Shown here in pieces: positions 19,398-28,491 of a stretch of DNA of 64,000 nt. The stretch is from Deltaproteobacteria bacterium. GTDB taxonomy: Bacteria > Myxococcota > Kuafuiibacteriia > Kuafuiibacteriales > Kuafuiibacteriaceae. Below the pieces are notes generated by a model, which saw only the letters and a program-made list of their open reading frames with translations, was not told where the DNA came from and ran no database searches. Each line of letters begins with the position of its first letter. Within the stretch, counting starts at the first letter, position 1. The position numbers and the translations under genes were made by a program. The stretch is taken from NCBI GenBank assembly GCA_040218735.1, contig JAVJQW010000038.1, positions 160,001-224,000 on the forward strand, given 5' to 3'.

Positions 19398-20357
19398 ATG
19401 GAAGCCTCGGACATGGAGTCGGTGCGGCTCGACATTCACGGTGCGAGGCTGACGATCACCGGGCCCACCAGGGTGCGCTCCACGGTCGAGACGCTGTACG
19501 CCCCCTTTATCTCCGAGACCGGGGACGCGGTTGGCGTGCGCCTCGACGTCGTCACCGATGAGGCAGCGCGTCCTCGGCTCGACGACGTCGATACGGGTGG
19601 CCGACGTATCGACGGGCCGATGGGGCCCTGCCTCCTGCACCTCCACCCCCCGGACCGCTCGGTGAGCTTCGCGGGTCGAGGTGTACTGACCGTCGTCGAG
19701 GCGGGGCCATCGACGCTGTGGCTTCTGGATCCCGAGGACCCGGTGGTGGAGTTCATGTTGTCGTTCTCGATCTCGGAGCTGATCAAGTCGCAGGGGGTCT
19801 ATGCGATGCATGCGGGCGCCGTCGCGTGGGCAGGGGCGGGGGTGCTGATTCCCGGCGGGAGCGGGTTCGGCAAGAGTACGACGACGGCTGCGCTCGTCCA
19901 GGGCGGCTTCGAGCTGCTGTCGGACGATCAGCCGTTCGTTCGGTGGCAGGCGGGTGCGCCCGAGTTGTTGGCGTTCCCCGCGCCGCTCAAGCTGGGGCCC
20001 GAGAGCGTCGAGCGGCTGGCGGGGCGCGTGCCGACCGCCGACGGTTCGTCGGCGTCGAAGCGCCCGGTCGACGTGGGCCCGGACCTCGGTGGCCGCCAGG
20101 CGCACCGAGCGCGACCCCGTGTTCTGCTCATCCTCACGCTTACGCATGGCCTGCAGAGCTCCCTCGAGCCGGCGCAGAAGACGGCTGCGTTCGAGGCCTT
20201 GCTCGCGCACTCGCTCTTTGCCTTCGATCCGCGGCTCACCCGAAGGCAGTTCGAGCTGCTGGGGTCCGTGGTTCGCGCCGCCGACGCGTACCACCTGAGG
20301 GTCGGCCGGGATCCTCGCGACGTCGCCGCGCTGCTCAAGGCGGCGATCGCCCCTTGA
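19398..20357 (+). CDS. HPr-kinase-related kinase (type found in lasso/RiPP clusters)
   Basis: MHAGAV, Walker A GGSGFGKST, LLSDD; adjacent to a PqqD gene. Confidence 0.85.
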   Translation: MEASDMESVRLDIHGARLTITGPTRVRSTVETLYAPFISETGDAVGVRLDVVTDEAARPRLDDVDTGGRRIDGPMGPCLLHLHPPDRSVSFAGRGVLTVVEAGPSTLWLLDPEDPVVEFMLSFSISELIKSQGVYAMHAGAVAWAGAGVLIPGGSGFGKSTTTAALVQGGFELLSDDQPFVRWQAGAPELLAFPAPLKLGPESVERLAGRVPTADGSSASKRPVDVGPDLGGRQAHRARPRVLLILTLTHGLQSSLEPAQKTAAFEALLAHSLFAFDPRLTRRQFELLGSVVRAADAYHLRVGRDPRDVAALLKAAIAP

Positions 20358-20372
20358 TGTGGGTGACCAAGC

Positions 20373-20666
20373 TCAGGGCTCTGCGCGGATGAGGCCGGAT
20401 CGCTCGAGTGTATCGAGGAGCCGAGTGACATCGTCCTTCAGACGAGCGCGCGGGACGTCGAAGACGGCGTCGAGCGCATCCACGATCTGTTCGAGGGTCG
20501 CTGGCGCGGCCTCCAGTCGTTGCCAGACGACGCCGCCGACCACGTTCAGCGTGAAGTGTCGCCCGGTGCGCAGGTCGAGGACCACGCTCCCGTCGGCGAG
20601 GTGCTCGGCGGCGACCTCGGTCGCGACGCGGAGCTCACGGTTCTGATTCTTCTCGGAGGCAGTCAT
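20373..20666 (-). CDS. PqqD-family RiPP recognition element (RRE, lasso B1-like) no. 1
   Basis: 97 aa; VVLDLRTGRHFTLNVVGGVVWQRL...DDVTRLLDTLERSGLI. Confidence 0.92.
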   Translation of the reverse strand: MTASEKNQNRELRVATEVAAEHLADGSVVLDLRTGRHFTLNVVGGVVWQRLEAAPATLEQIVDALDAVFDVPRARLKDDVTRLLDTLERSGLIRAEP

Positions 20667-21828
20667 AGGTGAGCCATCGGTGCCAGTCGAACGCCGTCAC
20701 GGGGCCCAACATCAGGGCGCCGGCGGAGAGCGCGGCGTCCGCGATGACGCGAGCGCGGGTCGTTCCGTCTTCGAGCTGAAGATCGAAGCGTGTATCGGGG
20801 TGGGTGTCCATCATTCGGGCGAGGCGACGAAGACCGTCACGTTTGCGGTCGTAGCTGAGCGGGAGCAGCGCGACACTCGTGCCACGACGTACGCAGCGGA
20901 GACCGCCGATCGTCTCGTAGCTCGAGAGGAGCCGGGCGATTTTGCGCGCGCGGAAACCGACGCGGTCCTCGAGCTGGTAACGGAGCCGCTCGGCGTCGGG
21001 GGCGAGGACGCGCTCCGCGATCTGGGTCCCGACGTAGACGGCCGTGAGCGCCCGCGCTCGCCCCGCTTCGTCGAGCACGTCGTCGAGGTCCAGGCCGTGG
21101 GCCAGCAGCGCGACGAGGTCGGCGACGCGAAAGAGGTCGAAGCGACCACCGTCACCCAATAGCTGCGTGCAGAGGTGGACGAAGACGTCCTCACATCGAG
21201 CGGCGAGCGCTGGCGTCAGCGGGCCCTCCGTCGCAGTGGCACGAGACAGCACGCGGCGAGCGTCGAGGGTGAAGGCTTGCCCGCGCGGATGGACCAGCGC
21301 CCAGTGCAGGTCGACCGTCATCGCGCCCGAGCGGCAGAGCTCGACCTGATGGGACGTCCTCGGGGCGGGGGGACCGTTCGGCGTGTCGTAGCCGAACGCC
21401 TCGAAGGTCGACACGGCAGCCGAGACGTCGTTCGGGCGGATCAAGAGGTCGACATCGCCGAGACGTCGTTGGCCCGGCGAGTACACACGCCCCAGGAGCG
21501 CGCTCCCCTTGAGTAGGACGGTTTGGATACCGCGGACGTCTAGCTGCTGAAGGATCGGGCGCAGGGTCCGCGTCGTAGCCTCCTCCTGGGCTGCAAGGCG
21601 GAGCAGGCAGGCCGAGGCGAGTCTGCGGATCTCGAGCGGGGCGTCCAACGCGCGTTCGTCGAGGAGGTGGCGCGCGACCGCTCCGTGGACCCCGCTGCGC
21701 TGAGCCAGGTTCAGGGCGTCGTGCCAAGAGAAGTCCGGTGCCTTCGTCAGGCGTACCGCGGCGTCTCGGAGGGCGCGAGGGAGGGCGGGGCGGGCGAGCG
21801 TGACGACGAAGGCGCGTGTCGCACCCAT
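20635..21828 (-). CDS. nucleotidyltransferase family protein (NTP_transf_5-like)
   Basis: VLLKGSAL, RRLGDVDLLI, VDLHW; ATG at 21828. The ORF-track extension upstream overlaps the B2 gene and is probably not real. Confidence 0.88.
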   Translation of the reverse strand: MGATRAFVVTLARPALPRALRDAAVRLTKAPDFSWHDALNLAQRSGVHGAVARHLLDERALDAPLEIRRLASACLLRLAAQEEATTRTLRPILQQLDVRGIQTVLLKGSALLGRVYSPGQRRLGDVDLLIRPNDVSAAVSTFEAFGYDTPNGPPAPRTSHQVELCRSGAMTVDLHWALVHPRGQAFTLDARRVLSRATATEGPLTPALAARCEDVFVHLCTQLLGDGGRFDLFRVADLVALLAHGLDLDDVLDEAGRARALTAVYVGTQIAERVLAPDAERLRYQLEDRVGFRARKIARLLSSYETIGGLRCVRRGTSVALLPLSYDRKRDGLRRLARMMDTHPDTRFDLQLEDGTTRARVIADAALSAGALMLGPVTAFDWHRWLTYDCLREESEP

Positions 21829-21876
21829 GGCCTCGCTGGCAGCCGCGAAACGCAATGTTAGGCTCCCGCGGACTCG

Positions 21877-22329
21877 ATGAGCGTACGGTCGAACGGTCGG
21901 CGCGCCGCGTTGTTGGTGCGGGTTGCGGCGACCATGAGCGTGGTCTCGGTTGCGCTGCGGTTCGAGACGACCCAGGACGTCCTTCGCCGGATGCTTGGAA
22001 CGTGCGCGTTGCGGCGCCCGGAGCGCGCAACCCTCGACCGTGTACGTCGGTACGTCGACCTGTTGTTGTTTCGGATTCCGTTTCCAGGGGCTGACGGTCG
22101 CTGTGTGCCTCGCTCGATCGTCATCGCGCGGTTTGCGCGCCAGCTCGGGTTCGACGCCCGCGTGCAGTTCGGGATCCGACGGACGTCGGATGGGCTGATG
22201 GGGCACGCGTGGGTCGTCATCGACGGAGCACCGGTCTTCGAGGCGCCCGGGAAGGTCGAGCAGTTCGAAGAGACGTTCCAATTCCCGACGGGTGGCCGGG
22301 TTACGAGCGTCGCCCCCGACATCAGGTGA
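21877..22329 (+). CDS. lasso peptide B2-type leader peptidase (transglutaminase-like)
   Basis: RCVPRS (Cys), VQFGIRR, GHAWV (His), following VIDG. Confidence 0.88.
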   Translation: MSVRSNGRRAALLVRVAATMSVVSVALRFETTQDVLRRMLGTCALRRPERATLDRVRRYVDLLLFRIPFPGADGRCVPRSIVIARFARQLGFDARVQFGIRRTSDGLMGHAWVVIDGAPVFEAPGKVEQFEETFQFPTGGRVTSVAPDIR

Positions 22330-23218
22330 GTGCCCGGAATGTTCGCTCGGTTTCGGCGAGCGCCGCGTCGAGGCTCGGCGTTGCGCGGGACTTACGTACG
22401 TACTCGGCGAGGAATGCGGCGCGCAGGTGGGCCTTCGCGACGCCCTTGGTTCCGCGGCGTTCGATGGCGGCGAACTGCGCCTCGAGGTGGTGCGCGAAGC
22501 CGATCCGCGCCTTGTGGGCGTCGCGGGACTGCGAACCCGGAACGACGCGATAACGGTAGAGTGGTGCGTCGACGAAGGCGACTTCGGAGACCTCCTCGAG
22601 TTTGTAGACCAGGTCCCGATCCTCCGCGTACTCGAGCGCCGGATCGAGTCCGGCGGTTTGCGCGTAGGCGCTCACACGAAACGTCTTGAGGTGGCTGACG
22701 TAGCCGTCGGTCAGCGCTGACCGCCCGGGGGGAATCGCGCGGCACGTCCCCGGCTCCTCCGTTCCGTCGTCCGCGAACGTGGTGTAGTTGGTGTAGACGA
22801 GCCCCGCCGACGGGTGGGCGTGATAGGTGGCGAGGACCCGCTCGGTCGCCGTGGGGGCGAGCATGTCGTCCGCGTCGAGGATGCCGACGACATCCGTCGA
22901 AGCCTCCCCGATGAGCCGAATCAGCGTGCGGATGTAGCCGACATTCGAGTCGTTTTGGATGAGTCGGATCCTGGAGCCGACGTGACGTCGGATGCGGTCG
23001 ACGGAGGCGTCCGTGCTGGCGTCGTCGCAGACGATCGCTCGCCAGCGCTCGACGGTCTGACCTACGAGGGAGTCGAGGCAGTCGTCGACGTAGTCGGCGT
23101 TGTCGTAGTTTGCGATCAGATAGGTGATGAGGCGATCGGGCGAATCGATCGGCGGCGACATCGGAGCAAGAGGTGCCAGCGGGCGCGCGCCGGGCCAACC
23201 CGGCGCGCGATGGTTCAT
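22322..23218 (-). CDS. glycosyltransferase family 2
   Basis: LIANYDNADYV..CLDSL, VCDDASTD, ILDADD (DxD), AED.DL. Confidence 0.93.
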   Translation of the reverse strand: MNHRAPGWPGARPLAPLAPMSPPIDSPDRLITYLIANYDNADYVDDCLDSLVGQTVERWRAIVCDDASTDASVDRIRRHVGSRIRLIQNDSNVGYIRTLIRLIGEASTDVVGILDADDMLAPTATERVLATYHAHPSAGLVYTNYTTFADDGTEEPGTCRAIPPGRSALTDGYVSHLKTFRVSAYAQTAGLDPALEYAEDRDLVYKLEEVSEVAFVDAPLYRYRVVPGSQSRDAHKARIGFAHHLEAQFAAIERRGTKGVAKAHLRAAFLAEYVRKSRATPSLDAALAETERTFRALT

Positions 23219-23370
23219 TCGGGGAGGGGGGTCGGGGCGGGCGTCGTCGGGCTGCTGCTCGACGACTGCGCCGTCACGTCGAGGAGCAGATCATGCTCGA
23301 CGATCGCCGGAGCCTCGTAGGCCAGCTTGGAGGCGGGCGCGTTGGCGTTTTTGTTCTCGTTGGTGCTCAT
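23215..23370 (-). CDS. putative RiPP precursor peptide, 51 aa (not in ORF track)
   Basis: Hand translation: MSTNENKNANAPASKLAYEAPAIVEHDLLLDVTA|QSSSSSPTTPAPTPLPE. YxxPxI and Thr(-2) lasso-type leader motifs; GGGAGA upstream; stop overlaps the GT2 start (ATGA). Confidence 0.82.
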   Translation of the reverse strand: MSTNENKNANAPASKLAYEAPAIVEHDLLLDVTAQSSSSSPTTPAPTPLPE

Positions 23371-23493
23371 GATTGGTTCGATGTTCTCCCAGTCTTGGCG
23401 TATGCAGACACGAATGTGTGACTGCGTGAAACGATCCCTGACTTACTGGCCAGGCCGAAAGGAGTCAACCCGTGCCGTATTCCGCGATGGGGC

Positions 23494-25323
23494 TTACCCT
23501 TGGTCGCTCTGCGCGCGCCACATCTGTGCGTAGCGTCCGCCCTGGGCGAGCAGTGCCGCGTGCGTCCCGCGTTCGACGATGCCGTCCTCTCCGAACACGA
23601 GGATTTGGTCGGCGCCTCGGATGGTTCCGAGGCGGTGCGCGATGACGATCGTCGTCCGTCCCTCGCGCACGCGGTCGAGCGCGTCCTGAACCGCTCGTTC
23701 GTTCTCGCTGTCGAGGGCGCTCGTGGCCTCGTCGAGGATCAGGACATCCGAGCTGCGCAGGAGCGCCCGTGCGATCGACACCCGTTGCCGCTGTCCGCCC
23801 GACAGGAGGACGCCCCGATCTCCAAGGTGGGTGTCGAGCCCCGCAGGGAGGGTGTCGAGGAGGGCGTCGAGTTGGACGGTTTCGAGCACTTGGCGCAGGG
23901 CGTCGTCGCCCGGGCGATCGTCGAGCCCGAACACCAGGTTCTCGCGGAGGGTGTCGTGGAAGAGCACGACGTCCTGCGTGACGACTGTGATGCGCTCGCG
24001 CAGTTTGCGGAGGTCGAGCTCGCGGATGTCGACGCCGTCGAGGAAGATCTGATTCGGCGGGCAGTCGTAGAGCCGGAGCAGGAGGGACGCGACCGTCGAC
24101 TTACCGCACCCGGAGGGGCCGACGAGCGCGGTGGTCTCGCCGGCACGAGCGACGAACGAAACGCCATCGAAGACCGAAGTGCCATCGGCGTAGGCGAACT
24201 TCAGCCCTCGAAACTCGATCGCGTCGGTGAGCGGGCCCATCGGCTCACTTCCGGAGGCCACCAGCCCCTTGTCGTCGTCGGTCAGGACGTCGGCGAGTCG
24301 CACCAGCTGGGGGCGGACATCGGCGAGGGCGACGCGGAACTGGCCAAACGCCTCGAACGTCGGCAGCGCGCGCCGCGCGACGAGGAGGAACGCGCAGAAC
24401 CGTGACAGCTCCTGCGTCCCTCCACTGTCGGCTTGCCACACCGCAAACCCGGCGAGGGCGAAGAGCGCCGCGAAGCCGATGGCCTTCTGTAGCGGGGCCA
24501 CGATGTCGGTGGTCTTGACGCGCTTCAAGGACAGCGCTTGGCGCCGGTCGAGGAGGGTGACGTAGTCGTCGACCGCCGAGCGCTCGCGCGAGTAGGCCTT
24601 CACGAGCGGGATCGACGTCAACGCGTTGAAGACCTTTCGATTGGTCTCCATCTCGTTGACCTTGATCGCGTCGGCGACCTGATTCACGCGTCGTACGAGC
24701 CGGTTGAGCGCGATGTAGAGGACAGGGCCGACGGCCAGGAGGACGAGCGTCATGGAAGTCGAGATCGCCAACAGCACGGCGAATAGGGCCGCACCGCGGA
24801 CGACGTTCGACACCAGCGTCTCGGACAGCCCCATGACCCGGAGGATCGCGCTGCTGTAACCTAGCGTGGTCTGCACGTCCGCGGACGAACGTGCGTCGAA
24901 GTAGGCCTTTCCGAACCCCAGGTACCTCTCGAGCAGCGCGCCCTGCGTGCGCAGGAAGTACCTCGCGTCTCGCGCGTAGGCGGCGATCGCCGCCGCGTAG
25001 GTCGTGAGCGCCTGAAGCGTGAGCAACACGAAGATGAGCAGCAGCAACGTGAGGAAGCTCCGCGCCGTGCTCCAGGACTCGAGCGCGAGCTCGAAAGGCA
25101 ACACGGATCGGACCGCGGCGATCGCGGGCCGGGACCAGACCTCGTCGAAGGTGCCACGTGCGATGCCGTCGCCGAGCGGGACGAGGAGCGCCATCGCCGC
25201 GCCGTCGAGCGCCGCCGCGACGAAGTTCGCGCCGAGCGTCGGGACGTAGTGGAGCGGGCGTGCACCGGTGACTTCGACGCCCCAGCGCAGTAGGGCGCGA
25301 AGTGAGGGAGCCGGTGCCGTCAC
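23494..25323 (-). CDS. ABC exporter, fused TMD-NBD (MsbA-like, no C39 peptidase domain)
   Basis: GPSGCGKS, LSGGQRQR, ILDEATSALD, IAHRL; N-terminal TM helices. Confidence 0.95.
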   Translation of the reverse strand: MTAPAPSLRALLRWGVEVTGARPLHYVPTLGANFVAAALDGAAMALLVPLGDGIARGTFDEVWSRPAIAAVRSVLPFELALESWSTARSFLTLLLLIFVLLTLQALTTYAAAIAAYARDARYFLRTQGALLERYLGFGKAYFDARSSADVQTTLGYSSAILRVMGLSETLVSNVVRGAALFAVLLAISTSMTLVLLAVGPVLYIALNRLVRRVNQVADAIKVNEMETNRKVFNALTSIPLVKAYSRERSAVDDYVTLLDRRQALSLKRVKTTDIVAPLQKAIGFAALFALAGFAVWQADSGGTQELSRFCAFLLVARRALPTFEAFGQFRVALADVRPQLVRLADVLTDDDKGLVASGSEPMGPLTDAIEFRGLKFAYADGTSVFDGVSFVARAGETTALVGPSGCGKSTVASLLLRLYDCPPNQIFLDGVDIRELDLRKLRERITVVTQDVVLFHDTLRENLVFGLDDRPGDDALRQVLETVQLDALLDTLPAGLDTHLGDRGVLLSGGQRQRVSIARALLRSSDVLILDEATSALDSENERAVQDALDRVREGRTTIVIAHRLGTIRGADQILVFGEDGIVERGTHAALLAQGGRYAQMWRAQSDQG

Positions 25324-26267
25324 GGCGCGTCCTCGGGGTGTCGCTCGGACGACAGACGGAGGAGGTCGAACCTCGCGAGGGAAGGGTCGAGCGGGCGGAG
25401 CAACTTCGCGAGCTTCAGGCCGGCGACGACCGGGCCGTGGTGCGTCATGAAGTGGGCCCGAGGCCCGCGCTCGATCGCGAGACAGCGCTGCGCGGCTTCG
25501 ACGACGTCATCGGCATCGTCGAAGAATGCGCCCGTGTCTTCGTTGACGTAGTGCCACCCACCGAGGATGCCGCGATGAACCAGCACGGGACGGTCGAGGC
25601 ACAACGCTTCGGCGATCACGCGCGGGGAGGCGTCCGTCGCGGATGCGACGAGGAGTAAGCGCGCGCGCCGCATGTGCGCGAGCAGCGGAAGCCACTCCAT
25701 CTGAGGGACGACGGTGGCACCGGCCGGAGGCGAGCAAACATCGGGATCGGGCCCCACGATCAACGTCGTGAGTCCGAGCGTCTCGTGCAGTCGGTCGATC
25801 GCAGCGACGGCTCGGTTCCAGCCCTTCACGTCACGGTGCACCTCATAGGTCCGCCACTGCTCGAGGCAGACATAGACCAGGTCGTGCGTCGGCCCCTCCA
25901 GCTCGATGGTCTCCATGCGGCGCGGGGACACGTCGGTCGGGCTGGTGAAGTCCGACTGTGGGAGGAACGCAACCGGGGTGTCCGGCGGAAAGTACGACTG
26001 GGGATCGCGGAAGCAGTACGCCCAAGCATCCGCGACCGACCGTTGGGCGGCGCTGTTGGGATCGTCGAGCGTCCCTGGGAAGTCGAGGAAGCTCGTGAAG
26101 CCGACGATCCGAAACCGCTCGCGGTACTTGGCGTGCTCGTTTCGCCAGGTGTCCCGCATGAGCGGGCACCACAGCGCCATCCAGTCGGTGGGTTCGCCGT
26201 GTCGGCCCGTCACCCTGAGGAAGGGGTGGCTCAGCTTGTGCGAGGCCTCGCTCCCCTGGGACGTCAC
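25320..26267 (-). CDS. glycosyltransferase (GT-B/GT4-like C-terminal domain)
   Basis: LLVAS..DASPRVIAEAL...PVLV and NEDTGAFFDD resemble the GT-B nucleotide-sugar binding end; GTG at 26267 overlaps the PqqD stop; own stop overlaps the ABC start. Confidence 0.75.
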   Translation of the reverse strand: MTSQGSEASHKLSHPFLRVTGRHGEPTDWMALWCPLMRDTWRNEHAKYRERFRIVGFTSFLDFPGTLDDPNSAAQRSVADAWAYCFRDPQSYFPPDTPVAFLPQSDFTSPTDVSPRRMETIELEGPTHDLVYVCLEQWRTYEVHRDVKGWNRAVAAIDRLHETLGLTTLIVGPDPDVCSPPAGATVVPQMEWLPLLAHMRRARLLLVASATDASPRVIAEALCLDRPVLVHRGILGGWHYVNEDTGAFFDDADDVVEAAQRCLAIERGPRAHFMTHHGPVVAGLKLAKLLRPLDPSLARFDLLRLSSERHPEDAP

Positions 26268-26548
26268 GACGAGGACGCCTCGATGACGAGGCCCGCGTCG
26301 AGGAGCGAACGCACCAACCGGGTGACATCGTCTCGGACCTGCGTCTCGCCGGCGTCGAACCGTGTGCAGATCGCTGCCACCGCTTCCTGGAGCGGGCGGC
26401 GCGCTTCGAGGACGCGCCAGACTTCGGAGCCTGTCGCGTTGAGCGAGTAGTAGACCTCGGTGTCGAGGTTGAGGATGACGGCCTCGCCGTCGATCTCGGT
26501 GGCGCGGGCGTGGTCGGTCGGGATGAAGGTACGGGCGAAGTCGACCAT
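26264..26548 (-). CDS. PqqD-family RRE no. 2
   Basis: EIDGEAVILNLDTEVYYSLNATGSEVW...DDVTRLVRSLLDAGLV. Confidence 0.95.
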   Translation of the reverse strand: MVDFARTFIPTDHARATEIDGEAVILNLDTEVYYSLNATGSEVWRVLEARRPLQEAVAAICTRFDAGETQVRDDVTRLVRSLLDAGLVIEASSS

Positions 26549-26584
26549 GCGCGTGCCCTAGCACAAAAACACCGACGTGAGGTG

Positions 26585-27805
26585 TCAGGCTGGCCCCAGC
26601 CTTCCGAAGTCGTAGCCCGTCGGCTCCTGGAACATGCGCAGCCCGAACTCCGGGACCGCGGCCATCAAGTGGTCGAAGATGTCGGCCTGGATGGCTTCGT
26701 AGTTCGCCCACGCGATGTCGTTCGAGAAGACGTACAGCTCGATCGGGACACCCTTGGGGCCGGGCTCGAGCTGGCGCACGAGGAACGTCATGTCGTCGTG
26801 CAGCTTCGGGTTCGTCTTCAGGTAGGCGGTGACGTAGGCGCGGAAGGTGCCGACGTTCGTGAGGCGGCGGCCGTTGACCGGGCTGTCCTCGAGCTTCTTG
26901 CCGGCGTTGGCCTCGGCGAGCGCGGACTTCTTCTCTTCGAGGTACGGCTTCAGCACCTCGATCTTCGAGAGGTTCGCGAGCTCCTCGTCGGTGAGGAAGC
27001 GGATGCTCGACGCGTCGAGCGCGATCGCGCGTTTGATGCGGCGCCCGCCGGACTCCGTCATGCCGCGCCAGTTCTTGAACGAGGACTCGATGAACGCCTT
27101 CGTCGGCACGCTGGTGATCGTCTTGTCCCAGTTCTGAATCTTGACGACGTGCAGCGCGATGTCGACGACGTCACCGTCCGTCCCGAACTGCGGCATGCTC
27201 ACCCAGTCGCCGATGCGAATCATGTCGTTGGTCGCGATCTGAATGCTCGCGACGAACGAGAGGATCGTGTCGCGGAAGACCAACAGCAGGATCGCGGTCA
27301 TCGCACCGAGGCCGGACAGCAGGCCCCACGGTGACTGGTTCAGCAGCGTCGCGAAGATGACGATCACGCCGATCAACACCGCGATCAGCTTGATCACCTG
27401 GATGTAGCCCTTGATGGGCAGCTCCTTGGCGCGATCGGTGCGGTTGTAGATCAGGTTGCCCGCGTCGAGCACGCGCCCGAACACCATGATCAAGACGGCG
27501 AGGATGTACGCGAGGAGCAGTCGCTGGACGATGCCCTCGGCCTCTTCGCCGAACGTGTACGCCGCGTAGTACGCGATCAGCGCCGGCGCGATCCAAGCGA
27601 GCGCGTTGAAGACGCCGCGCTCCTCGATGACGTCGTCCCACTCCCACTTCGTGCGTTTGATGATCGCTTGGACGATGCGCAGGACGATGCGCTTCGCGAT
27701 GACGTACGCGATCGTCGCGATGACCACCAACCCGACGAGCGCGGCGATGCGACGCCCGTAGGGGATCTGGTCGAGGTACCCCAGCCACTGCTCGAGATCG
27801 TTCAC
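26585..27805 (-). CDS. mechanosensitive channel, MscS family (YbdG/MscM-like)
   Basis: GLGAMTAILLLVFRDTILSFVASIQ, IGDW..MP.FG.DGDV.DI, NWRGM.ESGGRRIKR. Confidence 0.95.
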   Translation of the reverse strand: MNDLEQWLGYLDQIPYGRRIAALVGLVVIATIAYVIAKRIVLRIVQAIIKRTKWEWDDVIEERGVFNALAWIAPALIAYYAAYTFGEEAEGIVQRLLLAYILAVLIMVFGRVLDAGNLIYNRTDRAKELPIKGYIQVIKLIAVLIGVIVIFATLLNQSPWGLLSGLGAMTAILLLVFRDTILSFVASIQIATNDMIRIGDWVSMPQFGTDGDVVDIALHVVKIQNWDKTITSVPTKAFIESSFKNWRGMTESGGRRIKRAIALDASSIRFLTDEELANLSKIEVLKPYLEEKKSALAEANAGKKLEDSPVNGRRLTNVGTFRAYVTAYLKTNPKLHDDMTFLVRQLEPGPKGVPIELYVFSNDIAWANYEAIQADIFDHLMAAVPEFGLRMFQEPTGYDFGRLGPA

Positions 27806-28443
27806 GGCGCCCCCCCGGTCGTGCTCGTCTTCACCGGCGGAGCGTCTGCGTACGCCCAGATCTTCAGGTTGTCCCAGCGGATCCGGTTCTGCCAGTTGGA
27901 CAGCGCGAGGCGGTCGTGGCCCGGACCGGAGAGCGGCTCGGGATCGTTGAAGGTCAGGTACAGCTTCCCGTCGATGTACCAGCGGATGTCGCCGCCCTTC
28001 TTCTCGATGCGCCAGCGGTAGGTCTGGTTACCGGTGACCCGGGTCGGCGAGGTCTCGACGCGGTCCTTGCCGTGTTCGTCGAGGCGCGCGATCGCCGAGA
28101 TCTGGTTGTTCCACCCGCCGAGGATGAACACGTAGCCGGACTGGTGCGTACGCCCGTCGGTCATCAGCTCGATCTTGGAGTCGACGGTGCGGGTCTCGGA
28201 GCGCACATCGACCTCGACGACCACGTCGGCGGGCAGCGCGACCTTCAAGAAACACGGCGCGTTGTTCGCGCCCGTCGAGTAGGCGTACCCGTTCTCGATC
28301 ATCCACTGACCACCCGACGCGTACCAGTCGGGGCCGAGCTCGGCGCGCTCGAAGTCGTCCGAGTAGGGGAGGGAGCCGACCGACTCCGCCTTCTTCTTAC
28401 ACGCGAAGAGGGCGAGCACGGCGACGAGGAGGATCCGACGCAT
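27802..28443 (-). CDS. lipoprotein with a probable beta-sandwich (ConA/LamG-like) domain
   Basis: Lipobox LFAC; YSDDFER...W...GG.W.I; beta-rich sequence. Confidence 0.75.
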   Translation of the reverse strand: MRRILLVAVLALFACKKKAESVGSLPYSDDFERAELGPDWYASGGQWMIENGYAYSTGANNAPCFLKVALPADVVVEVDVRSETRTVDSKIELMTDGRTHQSGYVFILGGWNNQISAIARLDEHGKDRVETSPTRVTGNQTYRWRIEKKGGDIRWYIDGKLYLTFNDPEPLSGPGHDRLALSNWQNRIRWDNLKIWAYADAPPVKTSTTGGAP

Positions 28444-28491
28444 GGCTCGGGTCCTATGAAATGCGGGTGGCGCTGTCGAGGGGCGAGGAAA

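Noticed and set aside
19398-26548. Conventional lasso peptide or PQQ biosynthesis cluster
   Set aside because: No lasso cyclase and no Asp/Glu at core positions 7-9; no PqqB/C/E or radical SAM gene and no ExxxY core.
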